A stretch of DNA of 64,000 nt from Chara braunii (GCA_003427395.1 BFEA01000027.1:2146729-2210728), one strand, 5' to 3'. Counted from the first letter of the stretch, positions 1 through 13,703 are shown. Translations and numbers: made by a program. The notes: a model not told the origin generated them from the letters alone.

Positions 1-32
1 TGTGGGTGCTTGACAAAGCAGCCCTTCGCTAG

Positions 33-3000
33 TTGCAAAGACAAGTGAAAACTGAATGGCAGGATGTCCGTTGCAAGTCCTTTGACCATAGGGGCATAGT
101 GATGGGACTGTTCTTCTCACCTCACATGGAGAAAGGGCCAAGCTTCTACAAATTCGACACCTCGCTTCTCAAACTCCCTGCTCTCAAGGCCCTGGTTCAA
201 GAATTCTGGGAATATTGGTCATCTGTGCAAGAGAGTGCAGCCTCAAAAGTAAACTGGTTCAATGATGGTGTGGCACAATTAAGGGATAGAATTAAAAAGT
301 TTTCTATCTCCCACGCCCGTGAACGTAAGGCGANACTGGATAAGCTGTTGAAAGAACTAGAAGACTGAGANAGTANACTACAAACTCACCCCTTGGATGA
401 CTTGGNATACAATAGGNTGCAAGTTGCAAGAGACCATTTACAATCCTATCTTGAAGCCCAAGCTGAATCATGGCGAATCCAAGCANGAATAAGGAAGCAG
501 GACACGGACGGGACAATGGCGAAAACCTTTTTNAGAAAGGCTAAAGCGAGGGNGAGGCAAGCAACGGTGNTCTCTCTTCGCCACCCCTTTGANCACTCCC
601 TTCCTAAAGCAACCAANGCATATGCCATTGTTGACTACGCTGCGCAGTACTACCAAAAGTTGTATACCTCGGAGTCATCACGATGTGGACCCCAACACGT
701 GGCAGTCGCAAGAGAATCGATGCTCCAACACCTTCCAGCGATGTTGTCTTCGCAACAAAGGCAACAACTCGAATGTCCGTTATCCATGGATGAACTTTTA
801 GAAGCTTTGAAAGGAATGGAGGACGAAAAGACCCCAGGGCTGGATTCTTTTCCTAAGGAGTTTTGGCTCCAATATTGGCACATCTTTCAAGGGGGTATAG
901 AGATCTATGTTAACGCAGTCCAGAAAGAAGGGACGTTTGGGGGCTTGATAAGTCAAGGCGTAACCACATTGCTGTATAAAAAGGTAGAAAAATAAGATAT
1001 TCGGAACTATCGGCNGATTACACTTCTTCCCCTCTCATATAAGATGGTCTCCAAAGCCCTTACCAACCCGCTGCTGCCACACATGAACCATCTCATCTTC
1101 CAAGATCAATTTGGGTTCATGCCGCACAGAAACATACAGGATAACGTCCTTTTAGTAAACGAAACCATAAAGTATGCCNGACAACATTGCAAGGAAGCCG
1201 TTGTTCTGTTTATAGACTTTGAAAAAGCATATGACCACGTGGATTGGGACTTCCTGGATTGTTGCCTACACAAGATGAACTTCGGGGACCAATTCAAACA
1301 GTGGGTATCCATCATGCACAGGTCAGCGGCCACAAACATTTTGATTAATGGCCACCTCTCCCCGCCGTTCCCACTACAGAGATTTNTTAGGCAAGGGGAC
1401 CCAGTGACCCCCCTCCTCTTCGTGTTAGTCATGGAGGCCTTGACANCAATGATCAGAAATAATCCGGCCATTGAACGCATTGACATCCCCGAATTGCCCT
1501 TCCACATGGTGTCTGTGACATCCCTGTTTGCTGACGATCTTACGGTCCTTATTAAAGTTTCCGTGGCGTCTCTTCAAGCGTTAACCGACACCATCCAAAC
1601 ATTCGCGGTGGCCGCAGTTATGAAAGTCAATTGGGGAACAAAAATGGAAGGATGGTGGTTTGCCCCACATAACTCTCAGAACTCTCAGCCACCACAACAC
1701 CCGCCGATTAACTGGCGCCGGAGGGAAGAAGCAATCAAAATCTTGGGGATCCGTCTAACGGCACTGGGCCCCCCAAGAGACCATGGCCAGACTTTCGTAC
1801 AAATCGCACTTCAAAGTTTGGCTAAGTGGGATGGCCTCCATACGTCGCTGGTTGGGAGAGCCCTAGCCATAAACAACGCCATTTTGTCCACTATCTGGTA
1901 CAAAACGGCCTTTTGGGGAATCCCAAAAAAACAGCTTGTGCATCTCCAAGCAGCATTGTCTGCATTTTTGTGGAGAAATGATCATAAGCTGACAAAATGC
2001 CTGAAGAGAGTGGCCTGGAAGTACGTCACCCAACCGAAGACGATTGGCGGGTTGGGCATCTTAGATCCTAAGGATGAAATCAAAGCCCTTATTTTCAAAG
2101 TAATCATTCGCCTGCTACTTGCAAATGATCTCCCGTGGTTGCCACTACCATATATACAACTGGCTAACCTTGCTCCACCCTCTCACCCAGAAGCCCCGCT
2201 CCACCCTCTTCAGTGGCTAACAAACAAAGAGTGGTCTGTGTCTGGCCCTCCACGCCATAAGAACGATGGCACACCGCGCAACAGCGTGAGACGGGATCTT
2301 AAACACGACCCGCTGTGGTCTGAGATGATACTCCTGTGGAGGGAGATGGGCCCGGCCAAGAAGCAGCCCGCTCTGCGGTGGCAAGAGATATGGAGACAGA
2401 CACTGTTTGGCAATCCTCAAATATGTGACGAGAGGGGTTCGCCACTCTCCCTGACGGCCAACCCACATTGGATGACATGGGTGAGGAACGGCCTCTTTTG
2501 CATTGGCGACATCTGGGATGCCCAGAACACCGCATGGAAGACAGTGCAACAACTACAGCCGAACCTCAAGCATATCAGAAAAAAACAGGAAAAGTTGGAG
2601 TTTATTCATAGGGCGGTCCCGCTCTCATGGGTGGCTGTACTACAGGAGGGCCCAACGGTCTGCAGCCAAGATTGGGTAACAAAGACCAACCCAAACCCCA
2701 TCCCCATGACCGTCTTCAGGGTGGCCCGATGTACGGAACACGAAGCACACCTCCATGCATATGAACCGGATATCCCAGGGCCACGATGGGCTGCTTTGAA
2801 AAGGGACCCCGCATTAGACGACGTATGTCCTGTTGGAGAATTTACTAGGGTAAGGGTGGTAGGGGACGATGACAAGGGTTACTCTGTCTATGAGATGTCT
2901 ACCCCCATGGAAGCGCTCGCCTTTGACCCGGATGAGTGGGCATGGAAAGGCTGGGAACCTACCCCAATCTGGCAATATACCGTGCGTGGGGGCTATAAAC

Positions 3001-3956
3001 AGGCGCACAAACCATTGGACTCCACTCCGGTGGTCCAATCCAGATGGAGAAGGGACTCACTACTGCAAGAACGGGAACTACAGCATATCCCCTGGACCAC
3101 ATACGCTCATATAATGTCGACGTCACATAGGGCGTTGCAGTGGCAGATTATACATCGCTGCCTCCCAACACCGGATTGGATAACCTCATGCACTACTCTC
3201 GAATAGGCGGGAGTCATATCACCTATATGCTCCCACTGTGGAGTCAATACACAGCGTAGACGAGCAGAACACTGCCTGCTGTCGTGCCCAATGGCAGTGC
3301 TGGTTTGGCAATGGTGGGACGCAATGTGGAGGGAGCTCACAGACTCATCTTTCCCATGGAATATCGGCCTCATCCTATTGGGGAAGAAAAGGAGCCTCTC
3401 TGCCATCTGGACACCCTTTCAGCAAAACTTCTTCAAGTACATGAGACTTGTCATTCTCATGGTTATTTGGAGGATGCGGTGCTCAGCAGACCGTCGGGAA
3501 GACACTTTTGGCTTCCACCAAGCAAAGGCAGAGCTTCTCGAGGTCATAAGAGCAAATACGATGAAAGCCAGTAAAACTTTAAAAGACAAGGTGGGTGTGG
3601 CCCCAGACCATGACAGCAGACGGTGTCTCATAATGGCCTTTACAACAAAATGGATTGACCCGAAATATAAAATGGCTGAAGTTCACAACGACGGTAGGCT
3701 CACATGGAAAAACTGGGCGGCGCAGGACCACCTATGGACATACAGACCACCACAGTCCTTCTCGACGCCGCTACCGAGTCACCACAATGTGGTGACAATA
3801 GGACCACGCCCAGCCCTGGGAGAGCACTCTCGGATCGTGGAGGCTGAACTCTGCCCAGTCCGGTCCCCAGGGTTGCCCCCCCCTCCCCTGCCATCCAACC
3901 CCCCCCCACCTACCCCGGCACCGCCCCCTCCGCTCCCCTTTGACGCCCCCCCTTAA
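33..3956 (+). pseudogene. LINE ORF2 (endonuclease-RT-zinc knuckle), broken by stops/frameshift
   Basis: ORFs 33-368, 393-995, 1044-3206 and 3291-3956 are collinear pieces of one ORF2; 1044-3206 carries the RT core. Confidence 0.9.
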
Positions 3957-4130
3957 CCCCGCAACCTCCGATCGATCCTTACACCCCTTCATACCCTCAC
4001 CCGACTAACTGACCCACTCCTCTTGGAAACGGTATCTCAAATGGACTCGGATGACGAGTGCATCGAACAAGGCTACATGGAGCCTCCCGGTACAGGGGCC
4101 GGGAGAACTCAATCTCAGCAAGACGAGCCA

Positions 4131-4415
4131 TAAGGGATAGGGACAAAGGATGTTGCTTCTGCGGAAGAGCATTATGGATGGGACAGGGTGAACTGCATTT
4201 CAACTAGTTGAGCTACAAGGGATAAGGAAGGAGAACGTTGCTTCTGTGGAAGAGCAGTATGGATGGGACAACAGAACACAGGGCTGAGGTATACACTTAT
4301 GACAAGTGGGAGTGATTCACCATTCATGCGATGAGAATGCGAGCCCAACCAGAAGAGCCTCAAGGGATAAGGAAGGAGAAGCCTGCTTCTGCGGACGAGC
4401 ACTGTGGATGGCATG
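4131..4415 (+). repeat. Three degenerate ~55-bp repeats in the LINE 3' UTR
   Basis: aagggata..gga..tgcttctgcggaagagca.tatggatgg at ~4131, ~4216 and ~4361. Confidence 0.75.
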
Positions 4416-4575
4416 GATAGCACAACATGAGACAGGGCCGAAGTATATCCCTATGACAAGGGGACCAGGGTATTGGGTTTAAGGGATTCTATAAAATGGC
4501 AGCTACACTACATCTTGAAGGACCAAAGAGGATAGTGAGGAAGCCAAGAAGCGTTATATGGGATGCTAAGGATTA

Positions 4576-4826
4576 AGTTAGATGTAAATATGACGGGTTG
4601 ACAGGCACAGACATAGCACCAGTCTAATAGGGGCTCCAAAAATAAGGGTTGGGTTAGTAGATAAGGGACGCTCTTAAAAAGGGAAGGGCGATTCTTGCAG
4701 AGTTAGATGTAAACATGACGGGTTGACAGGCACAGACATAGCATCAGTCTAATAGGGGGCTGCAAAAATAAGGGTTGGGTTAATAGATAAGAGACGCTCC
4801 TAAAAAGGGAAGGGCGATTCTTGCAG
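4576..4826 (+). repeat. ~125-bp tandem duplication in the LINE 3' UTR
   Basis: agttagatgtaaa...gggcgattcttgcag at 4576-4700 and 4701-4826, near identical. Confidence 0.95.
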
Positions 4827-5050
4827 CACCATGGGATGACGGAGCCCCAGGATCAATCAAACAACAATCACAGCCCCGGGAAACAACAAAAACCAATCTC
4901 TGTACGAAACGATGTATCAATGGGACGCTGGACCCGGTTTCCAGCAGGTGCCGCTCCCCACCAATAGATGGAGCAGCCCGACAGGTAAGCCCTCAATTCT
5001 GACGGTTCTCTTACCACCGCCAGGATAGAGGGATATCGTAAGAGCCTTCT

Positions 5051-5117
<67 letters not shown>

Positions 5118-5119
<2 letters not shown>

Positions 5120-6800
5120 GAAAACTTATCTATGGAGAGGTAATCATGAATATAAAAATGTAATTAGTCGGGTGGCATGGCAGTTAATGATTCAACCAAA
5201 ATCCAAGAGGAGATTAGGCATCCTAGACCCTTTCACGCACATCATGGCGTTGTCAATTCAAGAGGCTACTCTTTAACCCGCAAACATCATGATGTGCGTT
5301 ATCTTGGGAACAAATTGCCAAGTTGGCACCGACAGTCCCTGAAGAAATAAACCCGATGATATGGTTGGAAAAACGCTACTGGTCCATTCTGACAAGGCAG
5401 GTACAAGCTCATGAGCCTCATACATGAGCTAGGCAGCAAAAGCAGATATAATCAAAGATCATTTTTGGCCTAACATCTTCAAGATTCGGCGTGAGTTACC
5501 TCTTCCGGATAACGTCCCCCCACAAAGATGCGAAGAGGTGTGTCAACAACCTCTCTTCAATAATAGATGGATCACTAATACCCATAGGAGGATGTATCTT
5601 TCTATGGATTCCCCCTGGAGAGGGTGGGTGAAAATGATTTTCTAAGGATTGGGGATATCTGGAGTCAAAAGTCCAGTGATTGGTGTTCTCTCGCACAACT
5701 TAACATCATTTGTGTTATTGTCGACACTCATCCTTAGCACTGGACACCCTGAACCTGCACATATCTATGGACTGGATCAAAATTTTCAGGAAGGGTCCGA
5801 AGTTACAGGTGAGTGATTGGGTGGTTTTTCAAGATAATCTGAAACTTATTGGTACTGTAGTGGAAGTACACCCAGATGGAGTAACTTTGCTTACTCTGTT
5901 TTCTCTTGGCCACAATGATATTTCAAATAGAATCTTACCTGACGAGTCTAAAAGGTTCCCGGTCCACCAAGATTTTAGGATCAAAGTACTGCAATATAAG
6001 GATCAATGGCTAGCTTTCAAAGCGACTTTACCGATAAGCAAGTTGGTTTTCGATCCTTTGGCTTAGCCCTGGCTCTGGGCTACAGCCGTTGACAAAGGAA
6101 GAACATGCACTAGATCTTTATATATTACGGATGTTAAGACCTAAGGTACACTTAAAAGATAGGTATGCACCAACTAACTACATGTAAGTAAAGACTCTCT
6201 AAGATCTATAACGTGGTTTCAAACCATCAAATCTAAATCTGCTAAGATTGCCTCTCCGCAATGGCAGGCTCACCGTTAATATCTGCCCACTAGTGATTGG
6301 ATCATAGATAGAATACAGAGGAGTCGCATTACCATGGTGTAAGTTTTGTTCTTCCAGTTTTCCAGCAAGGAATATCTCGGATACTATTGAGCATATGTTT
6401 TGTCAATGTCCAGTGTAATGTGGCTTTGGAGGCGGTGCAACAGGATATGGTTTCAACTAGGTACCTCCCAGCCATGGCCTTGATGTTGGAAGACCTTGCT
6501 GTGTGAGGCATGGAGTACCCCCCAATTGGACACCTTCACCCAAAACCTCTTCACAACAGGAAGGCACTAACATGTTGTCTTTCGGGCCATATGGGGCCTA
6601 ATCTATAAATGTAAGGCTTGATGGCCCGGAGCTTGTTGGTTCAATTAAAACAACAAATCCAAACTGATATCACTATCAAGTGGGAAAAGGTGAAATAAGA
6701 GATCAAACACTCATCATCAACAACATAAATTTGTCAATACACCCAAAACTTCAAAGGTTGTTGGTTTGGGGGTCGTAAGTGGTAATTTGGGGGGATATAA
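5118..6800 (+). mobile_element. Older, degenerate LINE ORF2 3' half (post-RT region to zinc knuckle), related to the LINE at 1-5117
   Basis: Translates to KTYLWRGNHEYKNVISRVAWQLMIQPKSKRRLGILDP, compared with FLWRNDHK..RVAWKYVTQPKTIGGLGILDP in the first LINE; QWQ..HR..LPTSDW near 6260; EHMFCQCP near 6390. Confidence 0.85.
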
Positions 6801-9800
6801 AGTGGAAGTGGGCTATAAAAAGGAACCACTAAGGCCTAAAAAGGGACTATTGTTTAACTGTTTTTTAACATTCCATGGTTGGAAAAATGTACATATATGT
6901 ATGTAATAATTTATTTATCATTGTGGTAATTATTGAGAGAATTTGTCGGCAACGGGAATTTTCATATAACGATTTATTTGCGCTGCGAGAGAACAAATGC
7001 ACAACTTTGCATAACAAGAGTTTGGGGGATAGGGGTGTGGAGGGCAAACTACGGATCGGTCATATGATCTTGGCCGATTGTGGTAGTTGTTGTCCTTCTC
7101 CCTTCTTGCATACTCTCTCTTTGTAACCGTTGAATTAGCCATAGAAGTAGTCGAAGACGGACGCTCACATATCCTTTCATAGGTTGATCCACCCTCGGCG
7201 GTGAAGAAGATTTTAAATGTCTTCAAACATCTCATTCTATTAACGAGTTCAACTATTTTCAATAGGCAAGAGGAATAGTGATGCAGGTAATGGAATATCT
7301 GCAGGGGACAACGGGGTGGGTCAAAGAGGGAGCGGGGTAGCACGCGAGAAAAGTTGAAAGGTCTTTGTCATGTGGGATGACTACTTGGTTGGATGACGAC
7401 ATAAGTAGATAAAAATAGTTGGAACATGTGGTTTTTGTTCTCCTATTATGCGTTGGCATGAACTCTGTAATGATTGAACCAATCACCTCCTTCTAGTGGC
7501 TTCGTGGTACTCATTTCATTATGATGTGTTGACAAGAATGCTCTAGCAATTGTGTTACCTCACTGACATTTATTCACTAGACTGTTCGGATTGGCAACCT
7601 AACCGGGGGGTGAAGGTATGGTATGCGTAGTTTTGAATATTTTTCTTCTCCACCCTTTAACAAGCTTTGAAGAAGAACACAAATACGGAGATGGCCCCTC
7701 ATTGATTGAAGAGGGTTGCTATGATGTGACCTCTAGAGCGACTGGTGAAGGATAGGTCGCTTTTGTTATTCATAGGCTAGGGTTGTAATGATGATTCCTT
7801 CCTACGTTTTGGATTAACATTGTTTGCTTCCATATTGCCCCCCCATTACAGGTAGGGTCATGCAATCAGCGATCAACGAGCCTGGTGAAGGGATGGGCGG
7901 ATCTAATGATTTTTCGCCTCCCTTCCTCATAGAACTTCCGCAAAGATAGATAAGGATCTTTCATTAATTGGCAAGGATTGTTCACTTCTACTCATACTGC
8001 AATTTGCTTTCCCCCCATCCATGGATGAATTTTACTCGCGGATTGGGGGTTTCCACTTTGTGTTGGTTTTACCATACTTGGTTGCGATTGGGCACTCCCT
8101 GATTCGTTTTGGGGGCTTCTATGAGTAGGTAGCCTTCACATAAATGTAATAATTTGCACTAATCAATAAATATATGCTTCCTTTATCATAGATCGAAGGG
8201 ACTCCATGTGGAGACGTTGGATTGTGCACACTTTAACGAGCATCCTAAGGGGTGGGTTATATATCATTAATACATAAGGGTGCAATCAATTTTATTAGGG
8301 ATTTCTGTTGTAGAGGGGAGAAAATTGGGTTGTATGTTGTTGACTTTAGATTTTTTAAGACTAGACTGTTTGGTAACATCTTAGGATTGGAGAGGGCTCA
8401 AGGATCATTGCATGGGATGGAAGTTGAGCGTTATGGTTTGGCCATATGGCAGGGGCGTGGTTGAAACCCGATTATTGGACAGGGCTAGAGAATGAAGGTG
8501 AACCCATATTCTGGTTTTTAAGGGCAATCAATCCCCTATAACTAAGCAAGTTAGTATTACTCTTCTTTCACAAATTTGCTTCCTTGTTGTGACAGGGAAG
8601 TTGAATCCGGTTTCCATCACGTGCAACTCAAGAAATAGATTGGAATCATATATGTATATGTCTTTCTTTGTATTTTTTTCCCACTCGGAATCTATCGATG
8701 TGTATATATACACATTCGCGTCTGCGATTTGTAAAGTTTTTTTTATCCAAATAGCAGTGCACATTCCATATGAGCAGAAGGATTAAAAGGAATGACAAAG
8801 TTGCTTATGTTTTTGTTAAAGTTAGGTCTCTATATATATATTCTTCTTTTTTGAAAAAAATAAGTTTTAGATGCATTTTATTATAGAAACAAGTTCAGCA
8901 AGATTGTTTTTTGTGTCCATCTTATTATTTTATTTGTTTTCTTCAAGATCAAGGCGTACCACCACTACTTGAAGTGTGTGGGAGAGTGTTAGCCATAGAC
9001 TCTGCTATTACTTGACCGGGGCAATGGAACTAGGTGAAAGGTGCAACTACTAGCAAAATTCTCGGTATTTGTGTTACCCCTCACCATCAGCCCCACCCTA
9101 CTTCCTGGCTACCGCCAATCAGGGCAAACGGGTCCACCCTTACTTGTAGGGGCCTACTATATAGGCTTAGGAGTAGTGAAAAGTGAATTGAGAGAATAAT
9201 ATAAGTTGTTTTAACCATTAAAAACTAATAACAAGTGAAAAAAAAATACAATTGGAGGACATAATAAAAATATGTTCCATATCAGTGTAGGTATGCGCTT
9301 AGAGCAACTTCTTGTTGCTTTCGCATAGTAACCATCATGCGGTCAAAAATGATTATTTTTTTAATTGCACGAAATTGAATGTTTAATTATTATTTTTTAA
9401 ATAAAGTTGTATATGTTCAAGGTAGAGCAGTTGGCATTTCAGCTCAAGAGCGCATGTACCAACCGGCCTCATCTCACGGTTAACTGCCGATAGTATCCCA
9501 CATCGGGCGATCTTTACTGTACCCCATCGCACATCCATCACCCTCGGTCCCCATGAGATGTTGCAAACAACCCTTCCGTTCTCATCAAGAACCGCCTACA
9601 CCCAACGGATACAGTTTATTGGGTCGTCCCTCCAACGGGTGTTGGACCCTAGTAGGCAAATGCACTACAGCCCCATTGCTAGGTCGCAGACAACACGCAC
9701 TGATCTAATCTCAGTCAACCAATCATAGATACTCAAGAATGGTGTCAGTTGAAACCTTACCTTGGCATAAGACAGTGGGCTCATGACCCCCCTAGTCGAT

Positions 9801-12009
9801 CGAGCACCATCCATCTAAGCTCGAATAGGGAACCGGCAGCTTGCCCCTAAGCATCCACTCGGGCATGGCAGCAATCGGATCTGCAATCTGCATCCCCGAA
9901 TAACGAGTGTATTTCGAGGTCTAACGCCTGCCCCACAGCATGTGTCACACGTACCCCACTGGGCATGGCAATGCTCGAACCTGCAACCTATGGAAGTGAA
10001 TATATAGGCACCCAATCCATCTGGGCTACAATGTAAACGCGGTATGCAAATGGCCCTAAGCTTTACGCAGTGAATCCACAATATCAATATTCATTACATC
10101 ACACCGGAGTGCAAGCCCGAAGATTCGAGCCCACACCCTATGTCACAATTGTGAATATTGCAGAATACCAATATTCAGTTCGAAGCACCAGAGTGCAGAC
10201 TCGAAGATTTAAACCCACATTGGTGTGAGAAGAGTCTCATGTAAGGCCTTCCTCGATAACTCTCCTCACGCCAGTGTTTTCTTTTTTTTTCTTTTTTTGC
10301 TTTAACAAACGGGTTCATATGGCCCAAACAATTTCTTATGGCCGAGCCTCCTCAGGAACCCTGACAAATACGATGTGATATATATTCTTGTTTTTCCCAA
10401 TACTGACAAAGGTAGTGATGGTTTAAGGGTGATATTTACTTAACCCCCTGTCGAGCGCATCGGTCCCGCAGGGGGACCCTCCATGTTGCGTCACGCATAA
10501 TTTTTGCATGACTTTCGCCACTCCGAGCGAGTGCGTCAGCCGTACCTCTCGCGAACCCCTAGGACAGGGTAGAGGTTGCGCGAGGAACGACCTACCTCTG
10601 CCCAAGGGGTAGTCACCACCCTCGTATAAGTGTATCCCCGCCAGCTACCGAACCACGTGCAAAAGTTGCTCAAGTGCAATCGGAGAGGTGTCCCAGTCGA
10701 GGTGTTTCTCGTTCATTGTATCATAGGGGCTACGTGCGGTCGAACTCCTTAATCGGACCCGCGCGCAAGCCGACGCTCTTGGGCCTGATGTCCCAAGCGA
10801 GGCTCTGCACCGGTCAACTAGGATGATCCATCTAACCACGCGATACACTTCACAAAACAAAACATAACCTCGTACGTGAATTGCGCCTAGTCCCTTTTTC
10901 ATGTCCAACACATAACCTTTTGACAACTGAAGTATATCGCGCACGAGGCTCTGAATAGATATCACGGCGGCATAGGCCTTGTCATATCGACAAGTCATGC
11001 ATGAACACGTAAGCAGTCGCAATGGTGGAGTACTATGCGGTACCCATAACCACGAGGTCCTCAATAATTTTAAATGTCGTTTTCGACACTCAAATGTTGA
11101 TTGTCACATATCTTGAGAGGTTGATCTCTTAACGCTAGAGAATCGTGAATGCGATTGCGCGACCTACCTTATTTTGCACCCTGCATGGAGGAGTGATAGG
11201 CGGACTTCGGTCGTTAGTGGCGGCCAAACACTTTCGACCCTAGGAACGGGGATCCATCTTTGGAGACCTTGGGTCAGATCAAGGGGTTCAAATTTCACAT
11301 TCGCCACAGACTTCAACATCCAACTATAAAAATTAGCTAGCAAAATAAAAAACGGTAAAATCGGTAAATAAACAAACAAACATCTCAACATCCACATATT
11401 GATTTAAACTCGGGATGTAATAGAAAGGCTAAAAGATAAGTCTATCAGGTATATAGATCGTGCGACATATGGTTGCCATTCTTACTGCCTTCAAGGTTAC
11501 AGCTTGTACATCAAGTTTACTAACCTGCATAAAACATACGCACACGCAACCACACATTACATACTCAAACCCCATTCATTATCCGCTTTTTCATTACAAA
11601 ATAATCCTCTATAATGGTTATTAAAATAAATTTGGTTAAAAACTTCAAAGAAATATATCAAGAATCATAGGGCTCAGACGTCAAGTTGAGGTACACGTGT
11701 AAACAAAGTTGTGTCGTGAACGGACATGTTATAAAAAATAACATAAGTTTTTGACCCTCGTAGGATCAAGCTAAATTGAATCAAATGAACGAAGAATATC
11801 TGTTACAAAGCACAAGCCAGTTTCCAAACTAGAGATTAAATAAAACGGAGAATAAAATCATATTTCGCATATCTCTCAACTTCTCACAGGACTAAGTCTC
11901 ACTTATCTGTAAATGGTATCAAACATTAGAGAAAGTCTTGACACGATATCTTTTGTGCAATGTGGATCATCAAAATTTTTTTTGCCTAAATATAATCTAA
12001 CTCCAAGAA

Positions 12010-12560
12010 AACTAGAAAACTTTCAGTAACACTCTCTCTAGAGAAAGTGTCTTTTCATAATCTATATTCAGCAAGATATGAAATCAAAGAATGATTTTTC
12101 ACTTTACATAGTCTATTTTTGTCTAACTCTCTGATTTAGTAGAAATCTGGGCAGCACTCCCTTTTGAAAAGTAGGCTTCCAAAATTTATACTAAGTTAGA
12201 TATGAACTCAAAGACATGACTTGAGCTTTACTAAGACAAAATTCAACTACCTTTTTAAATTTGTAAAAATTTCGGCAACACTTACTTTTCAAAATTTGTA
12301 CAAAGCTAAATATAAATTCAAAAAATTATTTTAACTGTAAGAAGTCAAAGTTTATCTAACTCTCTGATTTAGCAAAACTTTGGGTAACACTTCTCCTAAA
12401 AAAGTAAACTTCCCATATTTTTACTTATTCGGATATGAAATTCAGACAAAAGTTGAATTTGTAAAGACAAAAAATTGACCGACTCTTTGGATGTATAAAA
12501 TTTTGGGCAACAATCCCTTAAACAAAAGTGTCTTTCCAAATTTTATACAAAACTAAATAC
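12010..12560. repeat. Degenerate AT-rich tandem repeat, period ~110-126 bp, about 5 units
   Basis: Recurring gg(g/c)(t)aacact..aaagt..ttcc..aattt..agatatgaa blocks at ~12027, 12153, 12277, 12386 and 12508. Confidence 0.65.
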
Positions 12561-12793
12561 GAGAAATAACTTAACTCTGAAAAACAGAAATTGAACTAAT
12601 TCATATAGCTCCAGCATATGACGAGCATCTAAAGCAACTACCTATCAGAAAACAGACTGAACCCAACTCCTAAGTAAACACATATAACCAAGGTAAGTAC
12701 TCTCACAAAATCCCAAAGATGGTTTCACATAATGAATAGTTCATTGATCCTGCAAATCATCGATCATTTACCCATCTAACATATGGTATGACG

Positions 12794-13703
12794 TTAGACC
12801 ATTCTACTTAGAAACAATGTCCAACATGCCTTAAGTTATGTACGCACAGGTTGCACAACTACTTCTCTCTTCTTTGGGTATATGACTAGACCATTGTGTT
12901 TAGAAACAATGCCTAGTCGTCATGAACTGTTTAAATATCAAAAGTTTAAATGATTCTTTGATTTGTTTTCTTATATGGATAGGGGTTTAAACTATTCTAC
13001 TTAGAAACAATGCTCAGCTTCTCCGGTTTTCATCCAAAGCTAGACCATTCTGCTAGAAACAATATCCAACTGCTCGCTCACATGCAAATATAAATAGGTA
13101 CTTCCAATTTATACTCATTTTACATTTTAGTATTTGGCTTCAGGATAAACCATTCTGATTAGACATAATGTTTAGCCTTTCACAAAAATCCTCCCTCGGA
13201 ATAAAACAAAAGACTGAATCATTATGATTAGAAATAATATTCAATCTATCTAAAAATCACACAAAGTATGAAGTTTGATAATTCTGCTCATAAATAAATG
13301 TTCAACTTCAGTGATAAACCTTAAAAGAGACAAATAAATCAAACCATTCTGCTTAGAAATAAGGCTTGGCCTAAAAAATCCGATAGACAAACCAAAAAAA
13401 ATAAATACATTAACCGGACCATTCTGCTTAGAAACAATGTCTGGTTCCTTAGAAAACAAACAAACAATATAGCACCGGATCATTCTTTTGAGAAACAATG
13501 CTCACCTTTAATCGACATGGTCAGACACATGCAATACCACCTACCTCCACCTTCCCCCAGTTCATCCCTTAGTTTTATTTCAATCAAAACAATATACAAC
13601 TGAAATTCATGCATGCTTTCCTTTCACTTTGTCTGATTGGATTCTAAAAAGAAAACAAACTGTAGGGGTGCATGGATACATAACATTCTGACTAGAGAGA
13701 TGA
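12794..13703. repeat. Array of 10-11 palindromic ~27-bp repeats (consensus tagaccattctgcttagaaacaatgtc) separated by non-repeating spacers
   Basis: Copies start at 12795, 12887, 12988, 13041, 13146, 13215, 13275, 13340, 13415, 13476, with a degenerate one at 13679. Confidence 0.85.

Larger units (their letters stand above)
1..5117 (+). mobile_element. L1/Tx1-clade LINE (5' part outside the window): ORF2 remnant, ~1.1 kb 3' UTR and poly(A) tail
   Basis: Endonuclease C-terminus (FDHRGI), RT motifs (KTPGLD, DFEKAYD, RQGDP, FADD), C-terminal CxxC..H..C knuckle near 3227-3285, 66-nt poly(A) at 5052-5117. Confidence 0.95.

Noticed and set aside
6860-8800. Minus-strand LINE ORF1/ORF2 start remnant
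   Set aside because: Only a WNV-like tripeptide was seen; too decayed to support.
9072-11422. Solo LTR (tgttacccc...gggatgtaata)
   Set aside because: Termini are degenerate, and no TSD, PBS or PPT could be confirmed.
12794-13703. Bona fide CRISPR array
   Set aside because: Eukaryotic context, degenerate repeats, spacer lengths too variable and no cas genes; kept only as a CRISPR-like architecture.
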